Source: Candidatus Moraniibacteriota bacterium
GTDB taxonomy: Bacteria > Patescibacteriota > Minisyncoccia > Moranbacterales > UBA1568
Length of the DNA: 64,000 bases
NCBI GenBank assembly: GCA_016182385.1
Contig: JACPGV010000011.1
Span: 22,888-86,887 of the forward strand
Direction of reading: 5' to 3'
A program made the translations under genes and the position numbers. Shown in pieces: positions 8,831 to 18,943 of the stretch; position 1 is the stretch's first letter, and every line of letters begins with the position of its first letter. The notes below the pieces were generated by a model. That model made no database searches and was not told the origin of the DNA. It saw nothing but the letters and a program-made list of their open reading frames with translations.

Positions 8831-9330
8831 GCCCCAATTTTCTCACGGACAAATTCAAGATAATCAAAATACTCGGAGCCTAGCTTCTTATAGAGCGACG
8901 AAGCATATTGTCTATTCGGGAAAAGCATCTTACCAAATTTCCTTTCTTCGATGAGAAAATCCACCAGCATCTTGTAATCCCCATCGCCGGATACGAGGAA
9001 TATTTTCCCGGGAACTTCCGCCTTACACATCCGCTTCATCGTCTGAAAGATGATATCCGAATCGACATTCCCTTTCTTCTTACCGAGCATCGCGGCATTG
9101 TGCTCGCGAAACATCAGCACGAAACCAGCTGCCTGTATTTCCTCATACAATTCCTCATTCGTTTCCTGGACATAGCCGAGGAAATAGTACGCCTTTGCGA
9201 TGCCATACTTTTGCTCTAGATACACGCGGAAACGCCGCAAGTCTATCCTCCACGGATCCCGCTCACGCTTGGCCGTACCCATATAGAGGTTTTGGCCATC
9301 AATGAATGCCAAGTTCTCTTTTTTTTCCAT
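8824..9330 (-). CDS. NYN-domain (LabA/DUF88, PIN-like) putative ribonuclease
   Basis: AFIDGQNL, KKGNVDSDI and LVSGDGDY acidic catalytic motifs all intact. Confidence 0.9.
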   Translation of the reverse strand: MEKKENLAFIDGQNLYMGTAKRERDPWRIDLRRFRVYLEQKYGIAKAYYFLGYVQETNEELYEEIQAAGFVLMFREHNAAMLGKKKGNVDSDIIFQTMKRMCKAEVPGKIFLVSGDGDYKMLVDFLIEERKFGKMLFPNRQYASSLYKKLGSEYFDYLEFVREKIGAK

Positions 9331-9490
9331 AAGGTTTTTATTTCAATACCCTTATTCTCCCACGAAATTGATGGTTTTGAAAATATTACCCCAGCCGACG
9401 GTCATCATTTGGTGTAACAATTCGGTTTTTCTTTAAAAAAGGTACTTGACTCCATTTTTCTGCTCAGTTGAGGATCGACCTTAATTAGAT

Positions 9491-10267
9491 TTATTTAGAT
9501 TTTATAATGATTTCTGCCGCCTTTCCTACATTTTTTAATAATTCTTTTGAAAGAATCGGTTCTTTTATTTCGGGAATGCTTGGGGCACAAAAAACATCTG
9601 TTGCTTTCGACATGAACAGCCTTTTCGTCTCTTCGTTTATTTCCTTTTCAGAATCAGACGAGATATCAATAATACTTAAAAGAATATTTTGATATGTTTG
9701 CGCTAGCGTTTTCCTATTAGCAAAATCATTCCTAAGTTTAGAAAAATAGGAATATTGCGATGCTGTAAACCAAACTGCACTTATGATAATAAAATCTATC
9801 AAATAAAACTCAAAACGATCATACCAAGCCTTCCCGGAAGCAAAAATTACTGACCAAAAAGTAGACAAGGTGAGCGCGAGCGCACTCAATAAGAGATACT
9901 TACTCCATTCTTTAACATTATCCCCATATTCTTTTTCTTGAATCGCATAAGCAGAAGCCATTTTCTTTAACTCCATGCTATTTATTTGTTCTTGCTTATT
10001 CTTTATTTCTTTTTTTGCATCTGACAATGTAATCTCTAGTTGCTCTTTCTCGTTCTTTCGTTCTTCCTTTTCAGAAGCCAACCTAGCTTCATAATCAGAT
10101 TTACTAGACGACAAATCACTCTCTAACTTTACGAGTTTTTCGCTATCTTTTTCACTCAAAGATTCTAATTCGAGAATCCTTAAATTTGAAGTCTCAAGCT
10201 GCTTTTTTAAATCCTTATTCTCTACTATAACTCCATCATACTTTTCCTTCCATTTAGTTCTTGTCAT
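9491..10267 (-). CDS. Hypothetical protein: N-terminal coiled coil plus two TM segments; AT-rich, probably acquired
   Basis: 258-aa ORF; K/E/S-rich heptads followed by two hydrophobic helices. Confidence 0.75.
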   Translation of the reverse strand: MTRTKWKEKYDGVIVENKDLKKQLETSNLRILELESLSEKDSEKLVKLESDLSSSKSDYEARLASEKEERKNEKEQLEITLSDAKKEIKNKQEQINSMELKKMASAYAIQEKEYGDNVKEWSKYLLLSALALTLSTFWSVIFASGKAWYDRFEFYLIDFIIISAVWFTASQYSYFSKLRNDFANRKTLAQTYQNILLSIIDISSDSEKEINEETKRLFMSKATDVFCAPSIPEIKEPILSKELLKNVGKAAEIIIKSK

Positions 10268-10300
10268 AAAAAAAATTTAAAATATCATTTGTAGATTTTT

Positions 10301-10330
10301 TAAGAGCGAGGAAATGAATCCTCGCTCTTA
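10301..10330 (-). terminator. Hairpin terminator after dnaK
   Basis: TAAGAGCGAGG-8 nt-CCTCGCTCTTA perfect inverted repeat. Confidence 0.7.
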
Positions 10331-10339
10331 GTATACTCC

Positions 10340-12247
10340 TTACTTTTTCTCATCGTCAGCTGGTTTGTCTTCAACCTCAGCGTCCTTTGGGGCTTCACCT
10401 GTCGGCTTGGCTTCCCCTGCTGGCTGCTGGGTGGCCTGCGCTTCTTGCGCGGCCTTGTAGAGTTTCTCACCGATCTTTTGCGCCGCTTGCGACAACGTTT
10501 CGGTCGCTTTCTTGATCGCTTCGAGATCGTCGCCATTTTTTACTTTGTTGAGTTCGGTGATCGCTTCTTCGACCGGTTTCTTCTCTTCGGCCGTGATCTT
10601 GTCGCCCGCGTCCTTCATCGCTTTTTCGGTCGTGTAGGAAAGCGTATCGGCCATATTGCGCGCCTCGATCAATTCTTTCTTGCGCTTGTCTTCCTCGGCG
10701 TGGAGTTCGGCGTCTTTTTTCATTCGTTCGATTTCATCCTTGGAAAGCCCTGTGGATGCCTCGATGCGGATATTCTGGCTCTTGCCACTCGCTTTGTCTT
10801 TGGCGGTCACGGTGAGAATACCAGAGGCGTCGATGTCAAAAGTTACTTCCACCTGCGGGATACCACGCGGTGCCGGCGGAATGCCATCCAAAATGAATTG
10901 ACCGAGTGATTTATTGTCGGATGCCATCTCACGTTCACCTTGCAAAACATGGATTTGTACGCTCGGCTGATTGTCTGCCGCCGTGGAAAAGACCTGGCTT
11001 CGTGATACCGGTACGGTCGTGTTACGGTCGATGAGCGGCGTACGCACACCGCCCAGAGTCTCGATACCGAATGTCAAAGGAGTGACATCAAGAAGGAGCA
11101 CGTCTTTTACGGAACCTTCGAGCACGCCGCCTTGGATGGCCGCGCCGGCCGCCACTACTTCATCTGGATTGACAGTGATATTCGGTTTCTTGCCGAAGAA
11201 TTTCTCGACAGACGAAAGCACGAGCGGCATTCTCGTCATACCACCGACCAAGACTACCTCATTGATATCGGAAACGGAAAGCTTGGCATCGGCGAGAGCC
11301 TTTTTGACCGGCTCAAACGACGCTTCGACAAGATCATGAACGAGCTCTTCAAGTTTGGCGCGAGACATCTTGAGAAGAAGATGTTTTGGTCCAGTGCTAT
11401 CTGCTGTAATGAATGGTTGATTGATTTCTGTTTCCTGCGCCGTAGAAAGTTCGATCTTCGCTTTTTCCGCTGATTCTTTGATGCGCTGGAGTGCGAGCGG
11501 ATCTTTGGAAAGATCAATACCTTCCTGTTTCTTGAATTCATCGAGAATGAAATGGATGATACGTTGATCGAAATCATCGCCACCCAAATGCGTGTCACCG
11601 TTCGTTGATTTTACTTCCACGGTGTCTTCGGCTACTTCGAGAATGGAAATATCAAACGTGCCACCACCCAAATCATACACGGCGATCTTCTCATCCTTCT
11701 TTTTATTGAAACCGTAAGCAAGTGCCGCGGCCGTCGGCTCATTGATGATGCGGCGCACGTTGAAACCGGCGATCGTACCCGCTTCCATCGTCGCTTTACG
11801 TTGTGAGTCATCAAAATACGCCGGTACGGTAATCACCGCATCCGTAATTTTCTCACCGAGTTTTTCTTCGGCGTCGGCCTTCAGTTTGGCAAGTACCATC
11901 GCCGAGATTTCCTGTGGCGTGTATTCTTTGCCTCCCATCACGATTTTGACGCCCTCTCCAGCCTGAATAATTTTGTACGGTAATGTTTTTTTGTCGCGTT
12001 GCACTTCTTCGTCATTGAAATGTCGCCCAATGAGTCGCTTCACGGAAAAAAGCGTATTCTCCGGATTGGTGACAGCCTGACGTTTGGCAAGAAGTCCCAC
12101 AAGGCGCTCGCCAGTTTTACTGATGGCAATCATCGACGGTGTCGTCCGATTACCTTCCTTGTTTTCCACAATTGATGGACTGCCGCCCTCTACGATAGCC
12201 ATCGCTGAATTGGTTGTACCGAGATCGATACCAAGTATTTTAGACAT
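10340..12247 (-). CDS. dnaK: Chaperone DnaK (Hsp70)
   Basis: [39 protein letters not shown]; ATG at 12247. Confidence 0.98.
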   Translation of the reverse strand: MSKILGIDLGTTNSAMAIVEGGSPSIVENKEGNRTTPSMIAISKTGERLVGLLAKRQAVTNPENTLFSVKRLIGRHFNDEEVQRDKKTLPYKIIQAGEGVKIVMGGKEYTPQEISAMVLAKLKADAEEKLGEKITDAVITVPAYFDDSQRKATMEAGTIAGFNVRRIINEPTAAALAYGFNKKKDEKIAVYDLGGGTFDISILEVAEDTVEVKSTNGDTHLGGDDFDQRIIHFILDEFKKQEGIDLSKDPLALQRIKESAEKAKIELSTAQETEINQPFITADSTGPKHLLLKMSRAKLEELVHDLVEASFEPVKKALADAKLSVSDINEVVLVGGMTRMPLVLSSVEKFFGKKPNITVNPDEVVAAGAAIQGGVLEGSVKDVLLLDVTPLTFGIETLGGVRTPLIDRNTTVPVSRSQVFSTAADNQPSVQIHVLQGEREMASDNKSLGQFILDGIPPAPRGIPQVEVTFDIDASGILTVTAKDKASGKSQNIRIEASTGLSKDEIERMKKDAELHAEEDKRKKELIEARNMADTLSYTTEKAMKDAGDKITAEEKKPVEEAITELNKVKNGDDLEAIKKATETLSQAAQKIGEKLYKAAQEAQATQQPAGEAKPTGEAPKDAEVEDKPADDEKK

Positions 12248-12287
12248 ATATTGTTGCTTAATTGTTTTAGTTATGGATAAAAATATT

Positions 12288-12839
12288 TTATTTGACGACG
12301 ACTTTTGCCGGACGGATGACTCGCTCACCGAAGCGATAGCCTTTCTGAATCACTTTCGCGATCATGTGTTGATCGTTTTCTTTTTGCTTGGCGTTTTCTG
12401 CTCCTTGCTCGCTATCCAGAGCCTCATGAATCTTCGGATCAAATACTTCCCCCTCCTGCACCTCTATCATCGAAACCCCATTGTCCGTGAGAACGGTCTC
12501 GAGCTGCTTCTCGATGTACTGGATACCGACGACCCATGGACTGTCTTTTTGCTCCGGTGGAACGTGAAGTGTCGCTTGACGGAAGTTGTCGAGAACCGGA
12601 ACGATATCGAGAACAAGTTTTTCTATAAGATACCCACCGAGTTCTTTCTGCTGAGCCGCCTGCCGTTTCTTGTAATTCTCGAACTCCGCCTGACAACGCC
12701 TGAGATCATTGAGATATTCCGTAGCGAGCGCTTCAGGAATCTTTTCTTGTGAGTCAGTCGTTGATTTCGCTATGGTTTCCTCTTTGTCTTCTATCACGTT
12801 TTTTTCTTCTTCCTGGATTTTTTTCTTTTTTTCCGTCAT
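12288..12839 (-). CDS. grpE: Nucleotide exchange factor GrpE
   Basis: [35 protein letters not shown]; lies between hrcA and dnaK. Confidence 0.95.
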   Translation of the reverse strand: MTEKKKKIQEEEKNVIEDKEETIAKSTTDSQEKIPEALATEYLNDLRRCQAEFENYKKRQAAQQKELGGYLIEKLVLDIVPVLDNFRQATLHVPPEQKDSPWVVGIQYIEKQLETVLTDNGVSMIEVQEGEVFDPKIHEALDSEQGAENAKQKENDQHMIAKVIQKGYRFGERVIRPAKVVVK

Positions 12840-12849
12840 AAAACGATAC

Positions 12850-13614
12850 TTAGTATAAAAAATAAATTATTTTTCCCGATAACACCACCAACGAAAGTGA
12901 TGACGAACTCTTGAGTAATTTTTTCATATATTCGATAAGGGATTTGTTCTTGGCATAATCCATTCGTTTGGGGCCGATGATGGCGAGCATTCCTTTTTCG
13001 CCCTCCTTGTTCTGATACGGCGCGACAATCATCGAACAATTATCGATACCAGAAATAGGATTTTCGTTCCCGATAAAAATACGTGTTTCGTCATCTTTCA
13101 GTTTTATCATAATATCGTCGAGCTTCTCGTCGAGTGAATCAAGCGTTTCCACCAATCGACAGAGTTCATCGATTTCTTGAAATTCCGGCTTCCCGATCAA
13201 TTCACGCATTCCGAAATCATAAAATTCTTCCTTATCGACAATACCGGAAACAGCGAGATTACCTGAAAGCGCGGAAAGGAGTTTGGCAGTCGTGCGACCG
13301 AGACGTTGATGCTTCGCTTTGAGCGTAAGAAGTTCTTTTTGCAGATGACGCTGATCCTCCCGAGAAAGATCTTCATCGCCCATCATTTCCTCGACATACG
13401 TACGATACCCGCTATCAGTTGGGATGCGACCGGCGCTCGTATGTGGCTGGTACAGATAACCCTCTTCTTCAAGTTTCACCATATCATTCCGTAATGTCGC
13501 CGAAGAAACAGGAAATTCAAAGTGTTCGAGAAGAACCTGCGACCCCACCGGAAGCGCGGTCTTGGTATAGAGCTCGACAATGGCCGAGAGCACTTGTTTT
13601 TGGCGTGAATTCAT
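12850..13614 (-). CDS. hrcA: Heat-inducible transcription repressor HrcA (short form)
   Basis: MNSRQKQVL, PVGS, SSATLRNDM, QPHTSAGRIPTDSGYR, IIGPKRMDY; CIRCE upstream. Confidence 0.93.
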   Translation of the reverse strand: MNSRQKQVLSAIVELYTKTALPVGSQVLLEHFEFPVSSATLRNDMVKLEEEGYLYQPHTSAGRIPTDSGYRTYVEEMMGDEDLSREDQRHLQKELLTLKAKHQRLGRTTAKLLSALSGNLAVSGIVDKEEFYDFGMRELIGKPEFQEIDELCRLVETLDSLDEKLDDIMIKLKDDETRIFIGNENPISGIDNCSMIVAPYQNKEGEKGMLAIIGPKRMDYAKNKSLIEYMKKLLKSSSSLSLVVLSGKIIYFLY

Positions 13615-13691
13615 AAAAATCTTTTCATTGTTCTCCTCTTTACTCCCTTTTTTATAAAAAATAGAGGTACAACTCCAGTATAAAATACTAT

Positions 13692-13718
13692 TTAGCACTC
13701 TGTCAAGTGGAGTGCTAA
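13692..13718. promoter_or_regulatory. CIRCE element (HrcA operator) overlapping the -35 of the hrcA-grpE-dnaK promoter
   Basis: Perfect TTAGCACTC-N9-GAGTGCTAA; the spacer contains minus-strand TTGACA, with TATACT at 13682-13677. Confidence 0.97.
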
Positions 13719-13925
13719 TAGCTTTAAAACCTTTTTATCGAGGCCTTATCTCCGCCAAATATCGATCGAGTTCAAAAATGCTCTTTCTTATTTTTATCAT
13801 CACTCCTTAAAGAAAAAAACAAAAAAGTCAGGCGTGATTTCACATCTGACTTTCATTTTTGCACAACACCCCTCCACCGCCCATATCATACGAAATGATT
13901 GAGCGATATTATAAATACCAGTCAC

Positions 13926-14120
13926 TTACATGGCAAAAAGATGTTCATGTAGTTTCTGGCATTCGCCGCGTTCTTCGCAGCAAAGACACAGCGGATTGCC
14001 ACAACAGTAGCTTTCCGCTACATCCGAGAGTAACACACAGTCACCCTCTTTTCGGCAAAAAACCCCCGATTCGTCAGAAACGGGCAAAAAAACAGGCGTT
14101 CTTTCGTTTATGTACATCAT
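13926..14120 (-). CDS. Small Cys-rich hypothetical protein (64 aa)
   Basis: MMYINERTPVFLPVSDESGVFCRKEGDCVLLSDVAESYCCGNPLCLCCEERGECQKLHEHLFAM; strong SD TAAGGAGG overlapping the upstream stop. Confidence 0.6.
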   Translation of the reverse strand: MMYINERTPVFLPVSDESGVFCRKEGDCVLLSDVAESYCCGNPLCLCCEERGECQKLHEHLFAM

Positions 14121-14127
14121 ACCCTCC

Positions 14128-14328
14128 TTAACGTTGAAGAATTTTTCTATGATACCGGCAGTACCGAGCATCATGACCGCGCTTCCTCCCGTAACAAACA
14201 TGGGGGGGTATTTTACCTGTTTCGAGACAGGCACCTGCTTGAATCCTCAGTAAGCTAACCGGGAGTGGTTGAGGGAACAACTCGACCCCAAAAACACTGA
14301 GGAAGACTAAAACCCCGTCTGAATTCAT
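14128..14328 (-). CDS. Small Cys/His-containing hypothetical protein (66 aa)
   Basis: AAAGGAG SD upstream; C..PHVC..GH...CRYH pattern; its stop overlaps the next gene's SD. Confidence 0.55.
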   Translation of the reverse strand: MNSDGVLVFLSVFGVELFPQPLPVSLLRIQAGACLETGKIPPHVCYGRKRGHDARYCRYHRKILQR

Positions 14329-14355
14329 TTGAGCTCCTTTCTTTTGTTAAAAAAC

Positions 14356-14613
14356 TCACGCGACTGGATCGTTTCCTCCGTCGCTCCATGGGTGGCAACG
14401 CAAAACACGTTTCAGGCCTTTACCGCCACCGCGTATGACGCCATACTTCTCTATAGCTTCATACGTATAAGCGCTACAGGTGGGATGAAAACGACAAAAT
14501 CTCTCCCCGAAAACTTTCCCAATAATCCCATGATCAAACGAGAGTGTTTTCTGATACAAAGAAATAAGAAAAAGAATAAGTCGTTTCACAATCGATAGTG
14601 AGATCTGTTTCAC
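14356..14613 (-). CDS. yidD: Membrane protein insertion efficiency factor YidD
   Basis: [10 protein letters not shown]...EAIEKYG...[16 protein letters not shown]. Confidence 0.93.
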   Translation of the reverse strand: MKQISLSIVKRLILFLISLYQKTLSFDHGIIGKVFGERFCRFHPTCSAYTYEAIEKYGVIRGGGKGLKRVLRCHPWSDGGNDPVA

Positions 14614-14695
14614 AGCATACGCCTCTTCTTTCTTTTGTCAATTGATTTTGATATACTGATACCATGTTTCATGCGAGTCGAGTCAAAATAAAAAA

Positions 14696-15604
14696 ATGAA
14701 AACCATCACACATAAAAAAATCACTTGGATTGATTTTGAAAGTCCTGAGGACGATGATATCACCTATCTTCAGGAAAACTTCAATATTCACCCCCTGGCG
14801 ATAGAGGAGCTTGTCACGCCCACCTACCAACCAAAAGTCGTCCAATACGAAAATTGCCTTTTTCTTTCAATTCATATTCCTCTTTTTGATGTCGAACATC
14901 GGACAACATACCCCGGTGAACTCGATATTATTCTGACAAGCGATCACCTCATCACCAGTCATAGTCAAAATATCTATCAAATCACGAAATTTTTTGAAAG
15001 CTTGGAAAAAAGCGAAGGAAAAAGACGATTAACCCTCGAAAAAACACCGTCTCATCTTCTTCATCATCTTTTGGAAATTCTTCTCAATTCCTGTTTTCCG
15101 CGTCTCAATCATATCAGTGAAAAACTTGATTTTATTGAAAACCAAGTTTTTGCCGAAAAAGAAAAGGAGATGGTGTTTGAAATTTCCGTACTCAAACGTG
15201 ATATCCTCAATTTCCGACGCACACTCAAACCGCAACGTTCGATTCTTGAATCAATCATCCAAAAAGATCATCCGTTTATTCCAATAGAAACCAAAATCTA
15301 TTTTCAGGATTTGATCGGTACCAATATTCGCCTTTGGAATATCCTCGAAAGTCAAAAAGAAACCATCGAAGCGCTAGAAGCGACCAATAACTCGCTTCTT
15401 TCCAACAAGCTTGATCTTACGATGAAAGTGCTCACAATTTTCTCCGCGGTCTTGTTGCCGATGACCGTCTACTCCAACATGCTTGCTATGAGCGCCCAAA
15501 TCCCATTCGGCAATAATCCGCATGCCTTTTGGATTCATTTCAGTTTGATGCTTCTTCTTTCGTTGGTTACTATTGCCATTTTCAGAACAAAAAAGTGGCT
15601 CTAG
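14696..15604 (+). CDS. corA: CorA-family Mg2+/divalent cation transporter
   Basis: HPLAIEE, TMKVLTIFSAVLLPMT and two C-terminal TM; the canonical GMN motif is degenerate (AMS). Confidence 0.85.
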   Translation: MKTITHKKITWIDFESPEDDDITYLQENFNIHPLAIEELVTPTYQPKVVQYENCLFLSIHIPLFDVEHRTTYPGELDIILTSDHLITSHSQNIYQITKFFESLEKSEGKRRLTLEKTPSHLLHHLLEILLNSCFPRLNHISEKLDFIENQVFAEKEKEMVFEISVLKRDILNFRRTLKPQRSILESIIQKDHPFIPIETKIYFQDLIGTNIRLWNILESQKETIEALEATNNSLLSNKLDLTMKVLTIFSAVLLPMTVYSNMLAMSAQIPFGNNPHAFWIHFSLMLLLSLVTIAIFRTKKWL

Positions 15605-15710
15605 GGAGATCGTTCCATTGACTTCGCGCACCATACGAGTGAGGGGACAATCCCCTCTTTTTTGTGATATTATGACTTTATCCATTCGTAATCGTTGATT
15701 TTTTCCTGTT

Positions 15711-17114
15711 ATGCGTTTGTATAATACCCTCACCAAACAAAAAGAAAACTTCGAGCCTGTCCAAAAAGGAAAAGTCGGTATGTATACGTGCGGACCGACG
15801 GTGTATGGCTATATTCATATCGGCAATATTCGCACATATGTTTTTGCCGATACTCTGCGCCGTGTTCTCGAAGACCAAGGGTATGAGGTACGTATGATCA
15901 AAAATATCACCGATGTCGGTCACCTCACGGCTGACGATATCGCCCAAGGTGATAGCGGTGAAGATAAAATCGAAAAAAAAGCGCGTGCCGAAAAAAAGAC
16001 ACCGGAGGAAATTGTCGCTTTTTATGAAACGTATTTTCACGAGACAGAGTCGGCCATGAACATTTTACCGGCGCATTATTTTCCCCGCGCCACGGCGCAC
16101 GTCGCCCAAATGATCAAACTTATCCAAGCACTCATCGATCGAGGACACGCGTATGAAAAAAATGGGAACGTTTTTCTTGATGTGACGTCTTTTCCGACGT
16201 ACGGCGCTCTCTCCGGCAATACGCTTGACCATCTCAAAGTCGGCGCTCGTCTTGAAGAACACCCTGACAAGAAAAATCCTTGGGATTTCGCGCTCTGGCT
16301 CAAAGCGCCAAAAGATCATCTTATGCATTGGCCAAGTCCGTGGAGCGAAGGATACCCGGGCTGGCATATTGAATGTTCGGCAATGAGCATGGAGTATCTT
16401 GGTGATACACTCGATATTCATACTGGCGGCGAAGACAACATCTTTCCCCATCACGAAGCTGAGATCGTTCAATCTGAAGGTGTAACCGAAAAACCGTTTG
16501 TTCGTTATTGGCTTCATGGTCGTCATCTTCTTGTTGATGGAGAAAAAATGTCAAAATCCAAAGGAAATGTTTATACTTTGGAAGATATTATCGCCAAGGG
16601 ATATTCCCCCATGGATTTTCGTCTTCTTATCATCGGCGCGCACTATCGTGGTCAAATGAATTTTACTTGGGAAACACTCGAGCAAGCAAAACGAAACAAA
16701 GAAACGCTTTTTGGCACCGCAAAACGACTAAGCGCCCGAGCAGAAACAAATGATGGTTTTTCCGGTGAAGATTTTCTTGATCGTATCCGCAAGGCAATAC
16801 AAGATGATCTCAACACCCCCGAAGCACTTGCCCTAGCGCTTGAATTTTGCAAAAAAATAAATACCCTTCTTGATAAAAACGAACCCGTAGAGAGCGAATC
16901 GTTACGAACGATATTTGAAAAAATATTTTTCCTTTTCGGACTTATCATCGAAAAAGAAACTATCCCTGAAGAAATTGAAATCTTGGCAAGGCAACGAGAA
17001 GACGCTCGTCAAAAGAAAGATTTTGCCGAATCCGATCGTTTACGTGACGTTCTTGCCGCTCAAGGTTATCGAGTCGAAGACACCACCATTGGTTACCGTC
17101 TCAAAAAATCCTGA
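15711..17114 (+). CDS. cysS: Cysteine--tRNA ligase
   Basis: [33 protein letters not shown]. Confidence 0.97.
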   Translation: MRLYNTLTKQKENFEPVQKGKVGMYTCGPTVYGYIHIGNIRTYVFADTLRRVLEDQGYEVRMIKNITDVGHLTADDIAQGDSGEDKIEKKARAEKKTPEEIVAFYETYFHETESAMNILPAHYFPRATAHVAQMIKLIQALIDRGHAYEKNGNVFLDVTSFPTYGALSGNTLDHLKVGARLEEHPDKKNPWDFALWLKAPKDHLMHWPSPWSEGYPGWHIECSAMSMEYLGDTLDIHTGGEDNIFPHHEAEIVQSEGVTEKPFVRYWLHGRHLLVDGEKMSKSKGNVYTLEDIIAKGYSPMDFRLLIIGAHYRGQMNFTWETLEQAKRNKETLFGTAKRLSARAETNDGFSGEDFLDRIRKAIQDDLNTPEALALALEFCKKINTLLDKNEPVESESLRTIFEKIFFLFGLIIEKETIPEEIEILARQREDARQKKDFAESDRLRDVLAAQGYRVEDTTIGYRLKKS

Positions 17115-17156
17115 CAACCTATCAAAATACCTTATAAAAAGGCTCTCAGAAAGTTT

Positions 17157-17190
17157 AAAGCCGAGTCTGGTGTTCCAGCACTCGGCTTTT
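17157..17190. terminator. Bidirectional terminator between cysS and the convergent small ORF
   Basis: AAAGCCGAGT...ACTCGGCTTTT inverted repeat. Confidence 0.75.
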
Positions 17191-17206
17191 CTTGGCGGCA
17201 AAATTA

Positions 17207-17356
17207 TTATTGTTCTTGCCACCATCCTCCCGGCATCTCCGAATAGAGCATTTGCTCCTCGGAGACGCGAATGTTGTCCCTTTTTACGGCGCTTTTTCTG
17301 TCGCGCACTTTTTTTTCTTGAAAAAAATCCTTGACCTTCGCCAAAATTTTTTTCAT
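17207..17356 (-). CDS. Small basic orphan protein (49 aa)
   Basis: MKKILAKVKDFFQEKKVRDRKSAVKRDNIRVSEEQMLYSEMPGGWWQEQ; AAGGAG SD; own consensus promoter and terminator. Confidence 0.6.
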   Translation of the reverse strand: MKKILAKVKDFFQEKKVRDRKSAVKRDNIRVSEEQMLYSEMPGGWWQEQ

Positions 17357-17438
17357 TTTTTTCTCCTTTTTTTGATTTCTCAATGTATCACCAACAAATC
17401 GTTCATAACTTGTTGGTAACACCCCGTTACAATCATGT

Positions 17439-17467
17439 ATTATACTCTCATTTTGCCGTTTTGTCAA
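17439..17467 (-). promoter_or_regulatory. Perfect sigma70 promoter for the 49-aa ORF
   Basis: TTGACA(17467-17462)-17 nt-TATAAT(17444-17439). Confidence 0.75.
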
Positions 17468-17526
17468 GATTACCTCTTTAACGGAAAATGGCTATAATAA
17501 GAAGGCTTTTTATCGTATTTTACCGT

Positions 17527-18882
17527 ATGTCGAAGACAACCGAACATCTCCGCGTCCCCCCACATAATCTCGAAGCCGAAACATCTGTTCTCGGCTCTTT
17601 GATGCTCGACAAAGACGCTATTATCAAAGTAGCGGATCTCCTCAAGGTTGGTGATTTTTATAAAGACGATCACAACTTGATCTACGAGACGATGCTTGCT
17701 CTCTACGAAGAACGTGAACCAATCGACGTACTCTCTCTCGCCAACAAACTTGAAGAAAAGAGTCAGCTAGAACGTGTCGGTGGATCGAGTTATCTTGCTT
17801 CTCTTGTCAATTCTGTTCCCTCGGCGACCAATGTCACGCACTACGCCAAAGTCGTTCAAAAGAAAGTTCTCTTGCGTCGTCTTATCGCCGCCGCGAGTGA
17901 CATCGTTGAAATGGGTTATGACGAGTCCGAAGACGTGCAGAAACTTCTCGACGAAGCGGAACAAAAAGTTTTTGCTGTTTCGCAAAAATATATCAAACAA
18001 GATTTCGTACCGATCAAGTCTATTCTCGAAGCCGCTTTCGATCGTATTGATGAACTTCACAAAAGCGATCATGCCTTTCGTGGTGTACAAACGCATTTTC
18101 CCGACCTTGATAATATTCTCGCCGGTCTACAAAAATCCGACCTGCTTATTCTCGCCGCCCGCCCTTCTGTCGGTAAAACGACTTTCGCCCTCGATATCGC
18201 CCGTCAAGTGGGCGTGCACGCCAAAGTCCCTGTCGGTATTTTTTCTTTGGAGATGTCTTCGGATCAATTGGTCGATCGTATGATCGCCGCTCAAGCCGGA
18301 GTTGATCTCTGGCGCTTGCGTACTGGCAAACTTTCAAGCGAAGGTCCCAATAATGATTTTGAACGCATCTCCGATGCCATGGGAGTTCTTTCTGAAGCGC
18401 CTATTTTCATTGATGACACTGGCTCACTCAATATTATGGAAATGCGTACCATGGCGCGTCGTCTCCAAGCCGAACACAATCTCGGGCTCATTATTGTCGA
18501 TTATCTCCAGCTTATGGAAGGTCGTAGTCGTCAGGGTGACAATCGCGTACAAGAAATATCGGAAATCTCCCGCGGTTTGAAACAGCTCGCTCGCGAACTC
18601 AATATTCCGCTCATCGCCCTTTCCCAATTGTCTCGTGCTGTCGAATCACGCCCCGATCAGATACCAAAACTCTCCGACCTCCGCGAATCCGGTTCGATCG
18701 AACAAGATGCCGACGTAGTAATGTTTCTTTATCGTGAAGATCGCGTCAAACCGGATACCCCCAACAAAAATATCGCTGATATCATCGTCGCCAAACACCG
18801 TAACGGCCCCGTGGGCAAGATCCAACTTTACTTCGAGGAAAATTCAACGACGTTCAAATCGCTCGAGAAAATACACGGGTAA
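17527..18882 (+). CDS. dnaB: Replicative DNA helicase DnaB
   Basis: PPHNLEAE, AARPSVGKT, VDYLQLM, LSQLSR, DLRESGSIEQDAD, KHRNGP; no intein. Confidence 0.97.
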   Translation: MSKTTEHLRVPPHNLEAETSVLGSLMLDKDAIIKVADLLKVGDFYKDDHNLIYETMLALYEEREPIDVLSLANKLEEKSQLERVGGSSYLASLVNSVPSATNVTHYAKVVQKKVLLRRLIAAASDIVEMGYDESEDVQKLLDEAEQKVFAVSQKYIKQDFVPIKSILEAAFDRIDELHKSDHAFRGVQTHFPDLDNILAGLQKSDLLILAARPSVGKTTFALDIARQVGVHAKVPVGIFSLEMSSDQLVDRMIAAQAGVDLWRLRTGKLSSEGPNNDFERISDAMGVLSEAPIFIDDTGSLNIMEMRTMARRLQAEHNLGLIIVDYLQLMEGRSRQGDNRVQEISEISRGLKQLARELNIPLIALSQLSRAVESRPDQIPKLSDLRESGSIEQDADVVMFLYREDRVKPDTPNKNIADIIVAKHRNGPVGKIQLYFEENSTTFKSLEKIHG

Positions 18883-18943
18883 AACAAAATCGGAAATCTC
18901 CTTTCCGGGTTTCCCATCAACATAAAAAACGAAAAAACTCCGT

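Noticed and set aside
7464-10300. Integron cassette array
   Set aside because: The genes are co-oriented and heterogeneous, but I found no repeated attC-like element in the spacers and no intI.
12084-12752. 222-aa plus-strand ORF, and similar long antisense ORFs at 4079-4690, 10445-10909, 25036-25599, 26844-27386 and 29659-30252
   Set aside because: They lie wholly antisense to well-supported conserved genes and have no motifs; shadow ORFs from codon bias.
15602-15665. T-box riboswitch upstream of cysS
   Set aside because: Only about 105 nt separate corA and cysS. There is an imperfect hairpin with a T-tract but no T-box consensus or stem I, so it is more likely the corA terminator.
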